63,187 nt of DNA, filler included, from Nitrospinota bacterium (GCA_030620925.1; 9 parts of 9 records of this genome joined end to end with filler, not necessarily neighbours in it), one strand, 5' to 3'; positions 9,428 to 19,307 are shown, counted from the whole stretch's first letter. The notes: generated by a model not told the origin, from the letters alone. A program made the numbers and translations.

Positions 9428-10116
9428 TCACCCTCCCTCAATCCCTCCAGAATGACAGTAGCCAGCGGGTGTGTTTATATTTCATGTCGCGGCAAGATGC
9501 CGCTCCTACGATGATGGGTAAAGGTGCATCCGGCTTCAGGCGGGGTTAGCTCATATATTTTCAAATTGTAGGGGCAGGTCTCGTGCCTGCCCAGGGCGAT
9601 CATCCCGCCACACGCGGGACTCGCTCCTACGAAAAATTGCTGGGGGCGTTGGGTGTCGTAGGGGCGTATTGCATACGCCCCAGTTGGGCGGGTTTCAAAC
9701 CCGCCCCTACGAGCCATTCCGCATCGTGTTATTCTGAGCGAAGCGAAGAATCTCGCCGACCCTTGCAAACCCGTTTTCTTTTGCGCTATCCAAAATCCCC
9801 CTTCACTTTTTCCCATACAGCGATACACCCCGTGAAAAGAGGCACTCGGTAGCCGAGATATGCGAGATTCTTCGCTTCGCTCAGAATGACAGTAGCCAGC
9901 GGGTGTGTTTATATTTCATGTCGCGGCAAGATGCCGCTCCTACGATGATGGGTAGTCCCGCGGCAGGCAGGGGCACCCACACCACCGTAAGAGCGCCTTC
10001 CAGGCGCGATTGCAGGGGCGTATTGCATACACCCCAGTTGGGCGGGTTTCATCCCGCCACACGCGGGACCGCCCCTGCGGCGCGATTCTATTTCACCTGG
10101 AAAGGTATCAGGGGGA
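9428..10116. repeat. Mosaic array of REP-like palindromes and a terminal-inverted-repeat element
   Basis: GTAG/GCAG-headed hairpins at 9487-9509, 9568-9592, 9658-9680, 9686-9710, 9921-9943, 9987-10009; 73-bp direct repeat 9448-9520 = 9882-9954; inverted repeat 9728-9756 / 9862-9890. Confidence 0.9.
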
Positions 10117-10216
10117 NNNNNNNNNNNNNNNNNNNNNNNNNNNNNNNNNNNNNNNNNNNNTTAATTAATTAANNNNNNNNNNNNNNNNNNNNNNNNNNNN
10201 NNNNNNNNNNNNNNNN
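10117..10216. other. Artificial contig linker (N44-TTAATTAATTAA-N44)
   Basis: Identical linkers at 14891-14990, 20478-20577, 28022-28121, 36612-36711, 46989-47088, 55986-56085 and 59057-59156. Confidence 0.99.
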
Positions 10217-11273
10217 GCATGGCGCCCACGCTTCCCCTGGGGTCTTCCGGAAAGCGCATGGTAGTGGCTCCTCCTTCCGTGGAGCCGAAGACTTCCACCA
10301 CTTCTTCCAGGCCGTAGCGCCTCTGGAATTGCTCCTGGTGCTCAGCCGAAGCGCCGTTCCCCAGGGCTATGCGCAGTGGATTATCGGCGTCGTCCGGATT
10401 TTCAGGCGCTGAGAGGATGAAGGCGAAGGGTTTTCCCACGTAGTTGAAGAAGGTCACCCCGTGCTTGCGTACATCGGGCAGGAAACCGCTGGCGCTGAAT
10501 TTGCGCCGCATGGATATCTTCCCTCCCCTGGCTATGGCGGGCATCAGTGCGAGGAAAGAAGAGTTGGAGTGGAACAGCGGCATGGCTGCATAGGAGACGT
10601 CTTGATCGGTATACTGGAGCCGCTCGGCGAGCATATCGGTGGTGTCCACCATCTTATGGTGGCTGTTCATTATTCCCTTGGGTGCGCCTGTAGAGCCGGA
10701 GGTGTATATAACCATGAGCCAGTCCATGGGATCGATCTTCAGATCGGGATCCTTGAATAAGGCCTCGCCCATCTCCGCTTCAAGCTCCTTGAGCTTGTCG
10801 TTTATGGACGTGATGCCCTGCGGGAGTGTCTTGTCGGCTTCCCTGTGATTATTCACCAGGATTTCGCTGTCGGTTACGAAATGCAAGTCCTGTTTGATCC
10901 CCATTACTTCGTCCAGGAACTTGCTCTCGGTGACTAGAATCTGGCAGTCGCAGTGGTTTACGTCCCTGGCAAGGGCAGCGCCTCGCTGCGTGGTATTAAT
11001 CCCCACCAGTACAGAGCCGGAAAGAGCGCACCCCAGGAAAGTGAAGATGAACTCGGGGTAGTTCTCCATGAATATGCCCACGTGGAAGGGAACATCCTGC
11101 CGCGGGCGCATAGCGATAAACGCGTTGGCGTACTTCACCGCCTGTTCATAGGTCTGCTTCCATGTATATTTTTCATCCTCGAATAGGACGAAATCCCTAT
11201 CAGCGAATTTTTCATCGAAAACCCTCCGTTTGAAGAAATCCCCGACGCTCATGCTCTTTCCTTCTTCGTTCAT
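10217..11273 (-). CDS. AMP-dependent acyl-CoA synthetase (FadD17/CaiC/FATP-like), 3' truncated at linker
   Basis: IYTSGSTGAPKG, MPLFHSN, RRKFSASGF, FNYVGKP, EVFGSTEG. ATG at 11273 follows an AAGGAGAGG RBS. Confidence 0.9.
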
Positions 11274-11445
11274 ATTCAGGCCCTCTCCTTTTGTCAAAAC
11301 TACTTTTCGGGCTGTCCGCCCCTTCTCTCTTTCCCCCGATAGGGGATGAAATGATTAAACGAAAATCCATTAGCTAAAATCAGCACGCTAATTTTATATC
11401 ATATTATTGTTACTTTTCAACTGGATTTAACTTCGCTTTCTCTTT

Positions 11446-13014
11446 TTAGCTCTGACCCTCGGGTGAAGGGGAGCGGGCCTTCTTCCTTATGGCCCCTGCG
11501 GGAATGACCACAAAGATGAAAATTACGAAAATTATCCAGAAACAATCGCTGAACGCAGAGACCAGCGCCTGACCCGAGATGTACTGTTTGATCAGAGACA
11601 AAGATGCGGCGCGCGTGGTGGAATCCGCAACGCCGGAGCCGTGTAACAGGCCCTGAAGCCCGCTTAAAGCGTTCTGGGTTCCCATGGAGGCGGTGTTTAT
11701 GGATTCACCCATGGTGAGCTCGTGCACGGCCATCCTTTTCTCCAGCATGGTGCTGGTGAGGGCCACGCCGAAGGTGCCCCCTATCTGCCTCATGACGTTG
11801 AGGAGACCGGAGGCCATTCCCACCTTCATGGGGGAAACGTACATGAGGGCGGTGTTCATAAGGGGCGGAAAAATCATGGCTATACCCACACCCCGAAAAA
11901 TGACCAAGGCCAAAATGAAGGCGTCGGAGGACCTGGCGTCGAGCCGCATGCCCAGGTAAACCGAAATGAGGAAACCCGTTATGCCGATGCTCATGGGTAA
12001 GCGAGGATCGAAGCGGTCCGCCATCCAGCCGGAGGTGGGTAGCAGGCCGGCGGTCACGATGGCCCCCGGGAAAACCATGAGGCCGGTTTGCAGGGTATTC
12101 ATGTTGTGAACGCTTTGTAGAAAGAGAGGGAGGAGTAAGGTGGCCCCGAACATCACTATCCCCATGAACACGGAAACTATCGTTGCGCTGGAATACACGC
12201 CGCTTTTATAAAGGCTGAGGTCGATGAAGGGCGGGTTAGCCTTACGCTCGACCATTGCGAAGACGATTATGGACACCAGGGCGACAGACAACAGCGAGAT
12301 GATGTAATTGGAATCCCAGCCCTCCAGCCTCCCCTGGACGAGGGCCAAAAGAAGGGTGGTCAGAAAAAGGCTCATGGTGATGAAGCCCATGAAGTCGAAT
12401 TTTATCTTACGCCTGGGCCTTATATCCTTTACGATCGATATGGTAAGCATTATCCCCAATATGCCGGCAGGTACGTTTATCCAGAACATCGAAGGCCAGT
12501 TGAACTTGTCGATCAGATAACCCCCGACGGTAGGCCCGATGGCCGGACCCATGCTGGCGCCCAAACCGTATATGCCCATGCCCAATCCCCTCTGCTCTTC
12601 AGGAAACGCTTCGAAGATTATTACCATGGAGATGGGCATGAGTGCGCCGCCGCCTATGCCCTGCAAGGCCCGGAAAAATATGAGGGACTCTATGTTCCAG
12701 GACAGAGCACAGAAGACAGAGCCTATGGTAAATACTGTGAGGCTCAACAGGTAGAGGTTCTTGTGCCCCAGGACTTCCCCCGCCCAGCCCACGGTGGGCA
12801 TCATTATGGCCATGGAGAGCATGTAAGACGAAACTATCCACTGAGCGGTGTTTACGTTCACCCCGAAGGAGGCCATGATTTTTGGTAAGCCCACGTTGAC
12901 GATGACCGTGTCCATGATAACCATGAGGGTGCCGATCATTGTACAGAAGGTGATGTACCACTTATACCGCGGGTCGCCATCCGAGAGGCTGGTATGTGAG
13001 TTTTGCTCGTTCAA
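11446..13014 (-). CDS. DHA2-family (EmrB/QacA) MFS efflux permease
   Basis: MDTVIVNVGLP, FRALQGIGGG, GPAIGPTVGGYL, FWINVPAG; hydrophobic segments throughout. Confidence 0.93.
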   Translation of the reverse strand: MNEQNSHTSLSDGDPRYKWYITFCTMIGTLMVIMDTVIVNVGLPKIMASFGVNVNTAQWIVSSYMLSMAIMMPTVGWAGEVLGHKNLYLLSLTVFTIGSVFCALSWNIESLIFFRALQGIGGGALMPISMVIIFEAFPEEQRGLGMGIYGLGASMGPAIGPTVGGYLIDKFNWPSMFWINVPAGILGIMLTISIVKDIRPRRKIKFDFMGFITMSLFLTTLLLALVQGRLEGWDSNYIISLLSVALVSIIVFAMVERKANPPFIDLSLYKSGVYSSATIVSVFMGIVMFGATLLLPLFLQSVHNMNTLQTGLMVFPGAIVTAGLLPTSGWMADRFDPRLPMSIGITGFLISVYLGMRLDARSSDAFILALVIFRGVGIAMIFPPLMNTALMYVSPMKVGMASGLLNVMRQIGGTFGVALTSTMLEKRMAVHELTMGESINTASMGTQNALSGLQGLLHGSGVADSTTRAASLSLIKQYISGQALVSAFSDCFWIIFVIFIFVVIPAGAIRKKARSPSPEGQS

Positions 13015-13137
13015 CCGCTATAAATCCTGGGACGAATGGGGAGATTTTATAGAGAAAGGCAATATTTGAATATACAATATATTCAATAGTGTATCATATA
13101 ATATATGATGGTTAACATTAACTATCGTGGCGTCTTT

Positions 13138-14418
13138 TCACTGGTCCTCAACGATGGACATCCGGGCACCGACGCCGCCCATGAGCTCGGCAAAATCCGG
13201 AAAGGTGACCGCCATTGCTTCCGCTGAATCTATGATGGTCTTCCCTTTTGCCGCTAACCCGGCCACGGCCAGGCTCATCACCACCCTGTGGTCATGGTGT
13301 CCGTGCACTTGCGCCCCGGTCAATTCGCTCTGGTGGATGATCATCCCGTCTTCAAGCTCTTCTATTTGTGCGCCCATGGCCGTCAGCTCCCTGCTCATCA
13401 CCGCGATGCGGTCTGTCTCCTTGAGCCTCGCCTGTGGGACATTTCTCAATACCGTCTTGCCATCCGCCATGCACCCCACGACGGCCATGGAGGGGAGCGC
13501 ATCAGGGATATCATTCATATCCACTTCTATTCCCCTGATTTTACTACCCCGAACGGTGATGCCCTCAGGTTTAACATCTATTTCGGCCCCCATTTCCTTC
13601 AATACCTCTATAATCCTCTTATCTCCCTGGGGGTCTTCCATGTTCAAGCCTTCGAGTTTTAGCTCTGAGTCCGTAATGGCCGCAGCACATAAGAAGAAGG
13701 TCGCTGAAGAGAAATCGGCCGGTATGGTAATCCGAAACGGCTTGTACCTCTGCTCTCCCATTATTTCAAAAGATTCCAACCCGCGTCGCTGGTACTGAAT
13801 CTTCTGCTTATCCAGCCACCAGAGCGTCATCTCGACGTAGGGCTTTTCGTTCAAGTTATTGACAGTTATGCTCGCATTACCCTCTGCCAGAGGGCAGCAT
13901 AGCAAGAGACTGGAGAGAAACTGAGAAGTGACACCATCCACGGAAGTCTCCCCTCCCTTCAGCTTTCCCCTGATAACCGCAGGCAGCGTTCCATCCCCTT
14001 TGGTGGAGTAGGCATTCGCTCCAAGATTGTTTAAGGCGGAGAGAAGGGAACCCATAGGCCGCTTTCGCGTCTGCTCGTCTCCGGTCATTATGGTATATCC
14101 GGTGTTAGGACCCAGCGATGCCATTCCCGCCGCCAGCCTGGCCGTCGTCCCCGAATTGCCTACGTCTATTATGTTCTCAGGAACGGTGGGGCGCCCCCCC
14201 GTTCCCTTTACCTTCCAGGTTTCACCTTTGATTATATCCGCTCCCAGTGCGTGACAGGCATCGATGCAGGAGCTGATATCCGACGAGTCGAGCGGCCTGA
14301 CTATTTCCGACTCACCCTTTGCCAGAGAGGAAATAATGAGCGCCCTTATTGTATGCGATTTTGAACCGGGGATTACAACGTTCCCTTTCAGTGACGAATT
14401 TTCCACCTGGAGTTTCAT
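13138..14418 (-). CDS. aroA: 3-phosphoshikimate 1-carboxyvinyltransferase
   Basis: IPGSKSHTIR, VGNSGTTAR, RKRPM, SQFLSSLL, RLKETDRI, DHR. Confidence 0.97.
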   Translation of the reverse strand: MKLQVENSSLKGNVVIPGSKSHTIRALIISSLAKGESEIVRPLDSSDISSCIDACHALGADIIKGETWKVKGTGGRPTVPENIIDVGNSGTTARLAAGMASLGPNTGYTIMTGDEQTRKRPMGSLLSALNNLGANAYSTKGDGTLPAVIRGKLKGGETSVDGVTSQFLSSLLLCCPLAEGNASITVNNLNEKPYVEMTLWWLDKQKIQYQRRGLESFEIMGEQRYKPFRITIPADFSSATFFLCAAAITDSELKLEGLNMEDPQGDKRIIEVLKEMGAEIDVKPEGITVRGSKIRGIEVDMNDIPDALPSMAVVGCMADGKTVLRNVPQARLKETDRIAVMSRELTAMGAQIEELEDGMIIHQSELTGAQVHGHHDHRVVMSLAVAGLAAKGKTIIDSAEAMAVTFPDFAELMGGVGARMSIVEDQ

Positions 14419-14433
14419 TACCCCTGCCCCCTC

Positions 14434-14890
14434 TTATTGCTCTCTATGCTCCGCTCGTGAGCTTCGGTTCCTGAGCAGATGGTCCGCCAGGATAATGGCC
14501 GTCATGGCCTCGGCCACAGGGACTATGCGCGGACAGATGGTCGGGTCGTGCCTGCCCTTAACGGTGATTTCCCTTTCCCGCCCCTCCCTGTCCACCGTCC
14601 TCTGGGGGTTTGCTATGGAAGAGGTGGGTTTGACGGCGATGCGTATCACGATGTCTTCCCCGCTGGAGATTCCCCCCAGGATTCCGCCATGGTTGTTGGT
14701 GATGGTCCCCACCTTCTTCTCTTTCATAACCATCGGGTCGTTTACCTGGGAGCCGTACATCTCAGCAGCATCGAACCCTATTCCGAACTCCACCCCTTTC
14801 ACGCCGCCTATGCTAAGTATGGCTCCCGCCAGGTCCGCATCCAGCTTATGGAACACCGGCTCACCCAGACCGGGCGGAACGCCCTGCGCC
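14434..14890 (-). CDS. aroC: Chorismate synthase, 3' part (5' end lost at linker)
   Basis: [43 protein letters not shown]. Confidence 0.96.
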
Positions 14891-15442
14891 NNNNNNNNNN
14901 NNNNNNNNNNNNNNNNNNNNNNNNNNNNNNNNNNTTAATTAATTAANNNNNNNNNNNNNNNNNNNNNNNNNNNNNNNNNNNNNNNNNNNNAATCGCGTTC
15001 ACTTCGCACAACTAAGCGATGCGCTCGAGAGCGGCTATTGCCCCTGCAAAGTATGCCGGCCTGTCTGAGCCGATTTTCTCGAAATATGATATAATGGTAC
15101 AATTCCAGATATTCTTTTGCCTTGCGCTTTTTAAAAAACCCTTTAAAATGGTTCCTCATATTTTCCCTGTTCATAATCATGGTGTGGGCAATGTTCTGTT
15201 TATACGTTTAGGGAAGTTTACGATCGCCTGTTCATTTCAAGCTGAAGAGGGTATCGCCGCTCTACTCAACAGGAAATAGACTCCGGCATGCTGATAGCGC
15301 TCTGGTGAGAACCCTCCATGGCATACTCACTGCTTTAACTATATTGACCAAAACCCTCTATTGAGGGAAAGATTATCCCGTAGAAAAACGCTGTGCCAAG
15401 AATACTGAATAACCACGATATACCTATAGTGGAGGACGAGCC

Positions 15443-16549
15443 ATGTCCGCAATTTTCCAACCGGGGAAAATCGGAACTCTGGAGATCAAGAACAGGATTG
15501 TGCGTTCCGCGACTTATGAGGGGATGGCCACAGCCCGTGGCGAGATGACTCAAGAACTGCTGAGCATGAGCGAGGAGTTGGCTCGCGGTGAGGTGGGCCT
15601 GATAATAACCGGTTTCAGCTATGTCCTGGCAAGCGGCAGGGGAGCACCCTACATGACCGCCATTTATAACAACGAACACGTAACCGGCTTCCAAGAATTA
15701 GCGCACAGAGTGCACCAGGCTGGAGGCAAAATCTGCGCTCAATTGGCCCATAGTGGCCGTAAGACCACGCCGGAAATCATCGGCGGCGAAACTCCCATGG
15801 GCCCATCCCCCATCCCTTACACCAATTCACATACCACCCCCAGGGAGATGACCAAGGACGATATACGGGAAGTGGTGGAGGCGTTCGGCCATGCGGCAAG
15901 ACGAGTCAGGGAGGCCGGCTTCGATGCCGTGCAGCTTCACTGCGCTCACGGATACCTTTTGAGCGCCTTTATTTCACCCCACTCCAACAACAGGACGGAC
16001 GAATACGGCGGCACGGTGGAAAACCGGGGTCGAATAGTGCTCGAGGTTTACCGCGCGGTGCGGAAAATGGTTGGTAGCAAGTACCCGGTGCTGGTAAAGA
16101 TGAATGCGGAGGACCTGCTGGAAGATGGTCTCACCCTTGAACAGTCGGTGCGTACAGCGCGGATGCTGACGGTCAGGGGAATAGACGCCATAGAAATAAG
16201 CGCCGGCGGCGCCGAGGGCAACACCCGTTCGGCACGCACCGATATCAATACTCCCGAAAATGAAGCCTACCTGCTCCCATACGCTCGGGAGTTCAAAAAG
16301 CACGTGGGGTCTGTACCTTTGATACTGGTGGGAGGGATGCGCTCACCGGAGGTGATAGAAAAAGTGCTTGAGGAAGGCGATGCGGAGTTCGTTTCCATGT
16401 CCCGTCCGCTTATATGGGAACCCCATCTGATAAAGAGGTGGAAGGAAGGAGACCGCGAGAGAGCCAAGTGCATCTCCTGCAATCAGTGTTATTCGGAGGT
16501 TTCAACCGGAACTACTTATTGTCACGTGTTGAACAAAGAACAGGAATAA
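15443..16549 (+). CDS. NADH:flavin oxidoreductase (Old Yellow Enzyme family) with C-terminal Cys cluster
   Basis: KNRIVRSAT, AGFDAVQLHCAHGYL, NNRTDEYGG, CISCNQC...C. Confidence 0.93.
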   Translation: MSAIFQPGKIGTLEIKNRIVRSATYEGMATARGEMTQELLSMSEELARGEVGLIITGFSYVLASGRGAPYMTAIYNNEHVTGFQELAHRVHQAGGKICAQLAHSGRKTTPEIIGGETPMGPSPIPYTNSHTTPREMTKDDIREVVEAFGHAARRVREAGFDAVQLHCAHGYLLSAFISPHSNNRTDEYGGTVENRGRIVLEVYRAVRKMVGSKYPVLVKMNAEDLLEDGLTLEQSVRTARMLTVRGIDAIEISAGGAEGNTRSARTDINTPENEAYLLPYAREFKKHVGSVPLILVGGMRSPEVIEKVLEEGDAEFVSMSRPLIWEPHLIKRWKEGDRERAKCISCNQCYSEVSTGTTYCHVLNKEQE

Positions 16550-16567
16550 AAGACCGGTTCTGGTGTT

Positions 16568-17530
16568 ATGAAAGCTCTTCTCTTTAACGGTAAGCTGGAG
16601 TATAGAGAGGACGTTCGTCCTCCACGGCGGAGGGTGGGGGAAGTCCTGATAAAAGTGGTCCTGGCCGGAATATGCAGAACGGATTTGGAGATAACGCGAG
16701 GCTACATGGGATTCAGAGGCATACCCGGCCACGAATTCGTGGGCCTGGTGGAAGACGACCGTTACCCCGAGCTGGACGGCAAACGGGTTGTGGGAGAGAT
16801 AAATTGTCCCTGCGGAAAATGTGAAACTTGCGAGCAGGGCCTGGGGAATCATTGCCCGTCGAGAACAGTCCTGGGCATTGCGGAGAGGAACGGGGCCTTC
16901 GCCGAATACACCATGCTTCCGAATAACAACCTCCACGAGGTCCCTGATTCCCTTACCGATGAAGAAGCCGTGTTCACCGAGCCGTTGGCGGCGGCGATTC
17001 AGATAACCCGACAGGTTCCAATAAGGCCCGATACCGAAGTGGTAATACTGGGGGCCGGGAAGCTGGGACTACTGGCGGCACAGGTGATAGGAAGGATAAG
17101 TCGCAAGACGACGCTGGTGGCAAAGCACCCATCAAAATTACGGCTTATCGATGATATGGATATCAACCTCAAGACGTCGAGCGAATTCCAAAATGAAGCC
17201 AAAAGGGATGCCCAGGTAGTGGTGGAGTGCACCGGTTCTTCCACGGGTTTGAAACTGGCCAAGGAGATAGTCTCTCCCCGGGGTACAATAGTATTGAAGA
17301 GCACGTATGCCCGTAACTCAGCGCTTAATTTTTCCGATGTTGTGGTTAACGAGGTCACCTTGATCGGATCGAGGTGCGGACCGTTCCCCTCCGCTCTTCA
17401 AATGCTGAAGCGGGGAGAGGTTTCCGTCCGGCCGCTTATTTCAGTCTCCTTCCAGCTTAAAGACGGCCTTCAAGCATTCCAGGAAGCATTAAAGAAAAAC
17501 TATACCAAAGTGCTCCTCTATATCTCCTGA
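16568..17530 (+). CDS. Zinc-dependent medium-chain alcohol dehydrogenase
   Basis: GICRTD, GHEFVG, CPCGKCETC...HC, GAGKLG, GSRCGPF. Confidence 0.92.
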   Translation: MKALLFNGKLEYREDVRPPRRRVGEVLIKVVLAGICRTDLEITRGYMGFRGIPGHEFVGLVEDDRYPELDGKRVVGEINCPCGKCETCEQGLGNHCPSRTVLGIAERNGAFAEYTMLPNNNLHEVPDSLTDEEAVFTEPLAAAIQITRQVPIRPDTEVVILGAGKLGLLAAQVIGRISRKTTLVAKHPSKLRLIDDMDINLKTSSEFQNEAKRDAQVVVECTGSSTGLKLAKEIVSPRGTIVLKSTYARNSALNFSDVVVNEVTLIGSRCGPFPSALQMLKRGEVSVRPLISVSFQLKDGLQAFQEALKKNYTKVLLYIS

Positions 17531-17738
17531 AAAACTTTTACCGGCAGGGCCACAAACTAAGCGATAGAAGCAGGCTTGCCACCCTATCTACTCCAAAATA
17601 CTTTGAACTATTCCCTGTCAGTCGATATATTTGTGATGGGGAAGAGTTTTAATTTACAGGCCAATAATGATTTCTACTTGACTATAAGTAATTGCGTCTC
17701 ACTCGAATTGCAACGACGAAAACGGACAGGATGCTGAC

Positions 17739-19178
17739 ATGCAGTTAAAGAAAATAGACGATTATAGATGGGAAATCCCAAAAGGATACAGGGACTATAT
17801 GCGGGTGCCGGGGATAATTTACGCCGACAAGCGCCTGCTTCAAGACATCACCAAGGATAACTCCCTGGAGCAAGTGGTCAATGGGGCGAGTTTTCCCGGT
17901 ATCGTGAAGGCTTCCCTGGCCATGCCGGACATCCACTACGGTTACGGGCTGCCCATCGGGGGCGTAGTGGCTACCGATGTGGAAGAGGGAGTCATCTCCC
18001 CCGGCGCCACAGGCTACGACATAAACTGCGGCGTGCGCGCCTTGAGGAGTAATCTCAACAAGGAAGATATAAAAGACCTGTTGCGGGAGTTGGTGGAAGA
18101 CCTTTTCCGGAGCATTCCGGCGGGAGTGGGTTCTAAAGGGCCCATAAAACTCAACAAGGATGAGCAGCGCAAAGTGTCACTGCAAGGCGCTAAGTGGGCC
18201 GTGGAAAACGGCTACGGGGAACGAGAGGACCTGGAGTTCTGTGAGTCCAGCGGCTGCATCGAGGACGCTGTTCACGAAAAAGTCAGTGAGAAAGCCCTGG
18301 AGAGGGGACGGGCCCAACTTGGAACTCTGGGGTCGGGTAACCACTTCGTTGAAGTCCAGCACATCCAGGAAATATATGACCGTGAGGCGGCAGAAGTTCT
18401 AGGGCTCCGGGAAGGGCAGGTTATTGTGATGATTCATACCGGCTCTCGCGGCCTCGGCCACCAGGTTTGCACCGATTATCTGCAGGTAATGGATAGGGCC
18501 GTCAGGAAATATGGAATAGCTTTGCCCGACCGCCAACTGGTCTGCTCGCCATATAATTCTCCGGAGGGACAGGATTACCTGGGCGCCATGCGCTCCGCGG
18601 CTAACTTCGCATGGGCCAACCGCCAGTGCATCACCCATTGGGTACGTGAAACCTTCCTGAAAATCCTGGGGATGAGCCCCGGAGACCTGGGCCTTTCTCT
18701 CATATACGATGTAGCGCACAACATCATAAAATTAGAGGCCCACGATGTGGAGGGTAAAAAGCTGCGCCTGGCGGTGCATAGGAAAGGAGCCACCAGGGCC
18801 TTCCCTCCCAACCACCCGGATATCCCTCGTTTGTATAGATCGGTCGGGCAGCCGGTTATCATCCCCGGAGACATGGGAAGGGCTTCTTTCATCCTGGTGG
18901 GCACCGAAGGGGCAATGAGCGAGACTTTCGGCAGCACCTGCCATGGCGCGGGGAGGCTTCTGAGCCGTAAAGGGGCGATGAGGGCGGCCAAAGGCAGATC
19001 TATCAGGGAGGAGCTGGAGGCGGAGGGCATCATGGTGAGGGCGGCGAGCAAAGCCACCATAGATGAAGAGATGCCGGAGGCTTATAAGAATGTTTCCGAC
19101 GTCGTCAACGTGGTGCACAACGCGGGGATATCCAAAAAGGTCGCCAAAATGGTGCCCATGTGCGTGATTAAAGGTTAG
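17739..19178 (+). CDS. rtcB: RNA 2',3'-cyclic phosphate/3'-phosphate--5'-OH ligase RtcB
   Basis: MPDIHYGYG, GYDINCG, GTLGSGNHFVE, HTGSRG, DVAHN, HRKGAT, PGDMG, CHGAGR, EEMPEAYK. Confidence 0.97.
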   Translation: MQLKKIDDYRWEIPKGYRDYMRVPGIIYADKRLLQDITKDNSLEQVVNGASFPGIVKASLAMPDIHYGYGLPIGGVVATDVEEGVISPGATGYDINCGVRALRSNLNKEDIKDLLRELVEDLFRSIPAGVGSKGPIKLNKDEQRKVSLQGAKWAVENGYGEREDLEFCESSGCIEDAVHEKVSEKALERGRAQLGTLGSGNHFVEVQHIQEIYDREAAEVLGLREGQVIVMIHTGSRGLGHQVCTDYLQVMDRAVRKYGIALPDRQLVCSPYNSPEGQDYLGAMRSAANFAWANRQCITHWVRETFLKILGMSPGDLGLSLIYDVAHNIIKLEAHDVEGKKLRLAVHRKGATRAFPPNHPDIPRLYRSVGQPVIIPGDMGRASFILVGTEGAMSETFGSTCHGAGRLLSRKGAMRAAKGRSIREELEAEGIMVRAASKATIDEEMPEAYKNVSDVVNVVHNAGISKKVAKMVPMCVIKG

Positions 19179-19278
19179 CTGTCTGTAATTCTCTGTCCTG
19201 CCGCGCTTTTACTGATTTCTATAACGATGAAAGTAGTTTTGGCCGGGTGCTCAATTTGGCGTACCGGGCGGCCATTCT

Positions 19279-19307
19279 TTGACTCCGGCAGTAAATAAAA
19301 TTATATT
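19279..19307 (+). promoter_or_regulatory. Sigma70-type promoter of the usp gene
   Basis: TTGACT-17 nt-TATATT. Confidence 0.5.

Noticed and set aside
9475-9852. Short ORFs inside the repeat mosaic (also 58871-59104)
   Set aside because: Translations of palindromic repeats, e.g. HSERSEESR-type peptides.
9428-10116. Possible CRISPR array
   Set aside because: Repeats differ in sequence, orientation and spacing, there is no repeat-spacer periodicity, and no cas genes are present.
10117-10216. Recurring TTAATTAATTAA palindrome flanked by N runs (8 copies)
   Set aside because: Artificial six-frame-stop contig linker. ORFs ending in XXX-LIN and any synteny across these points are artefacts.
11368-11395. 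CIRCE-like inverted repeat (ATTAGC...GCTAAT)
   Set aside because: It does not match TTAGCACTC-N9-GAGTGCTAA and is not upstream of a chaperone gene.
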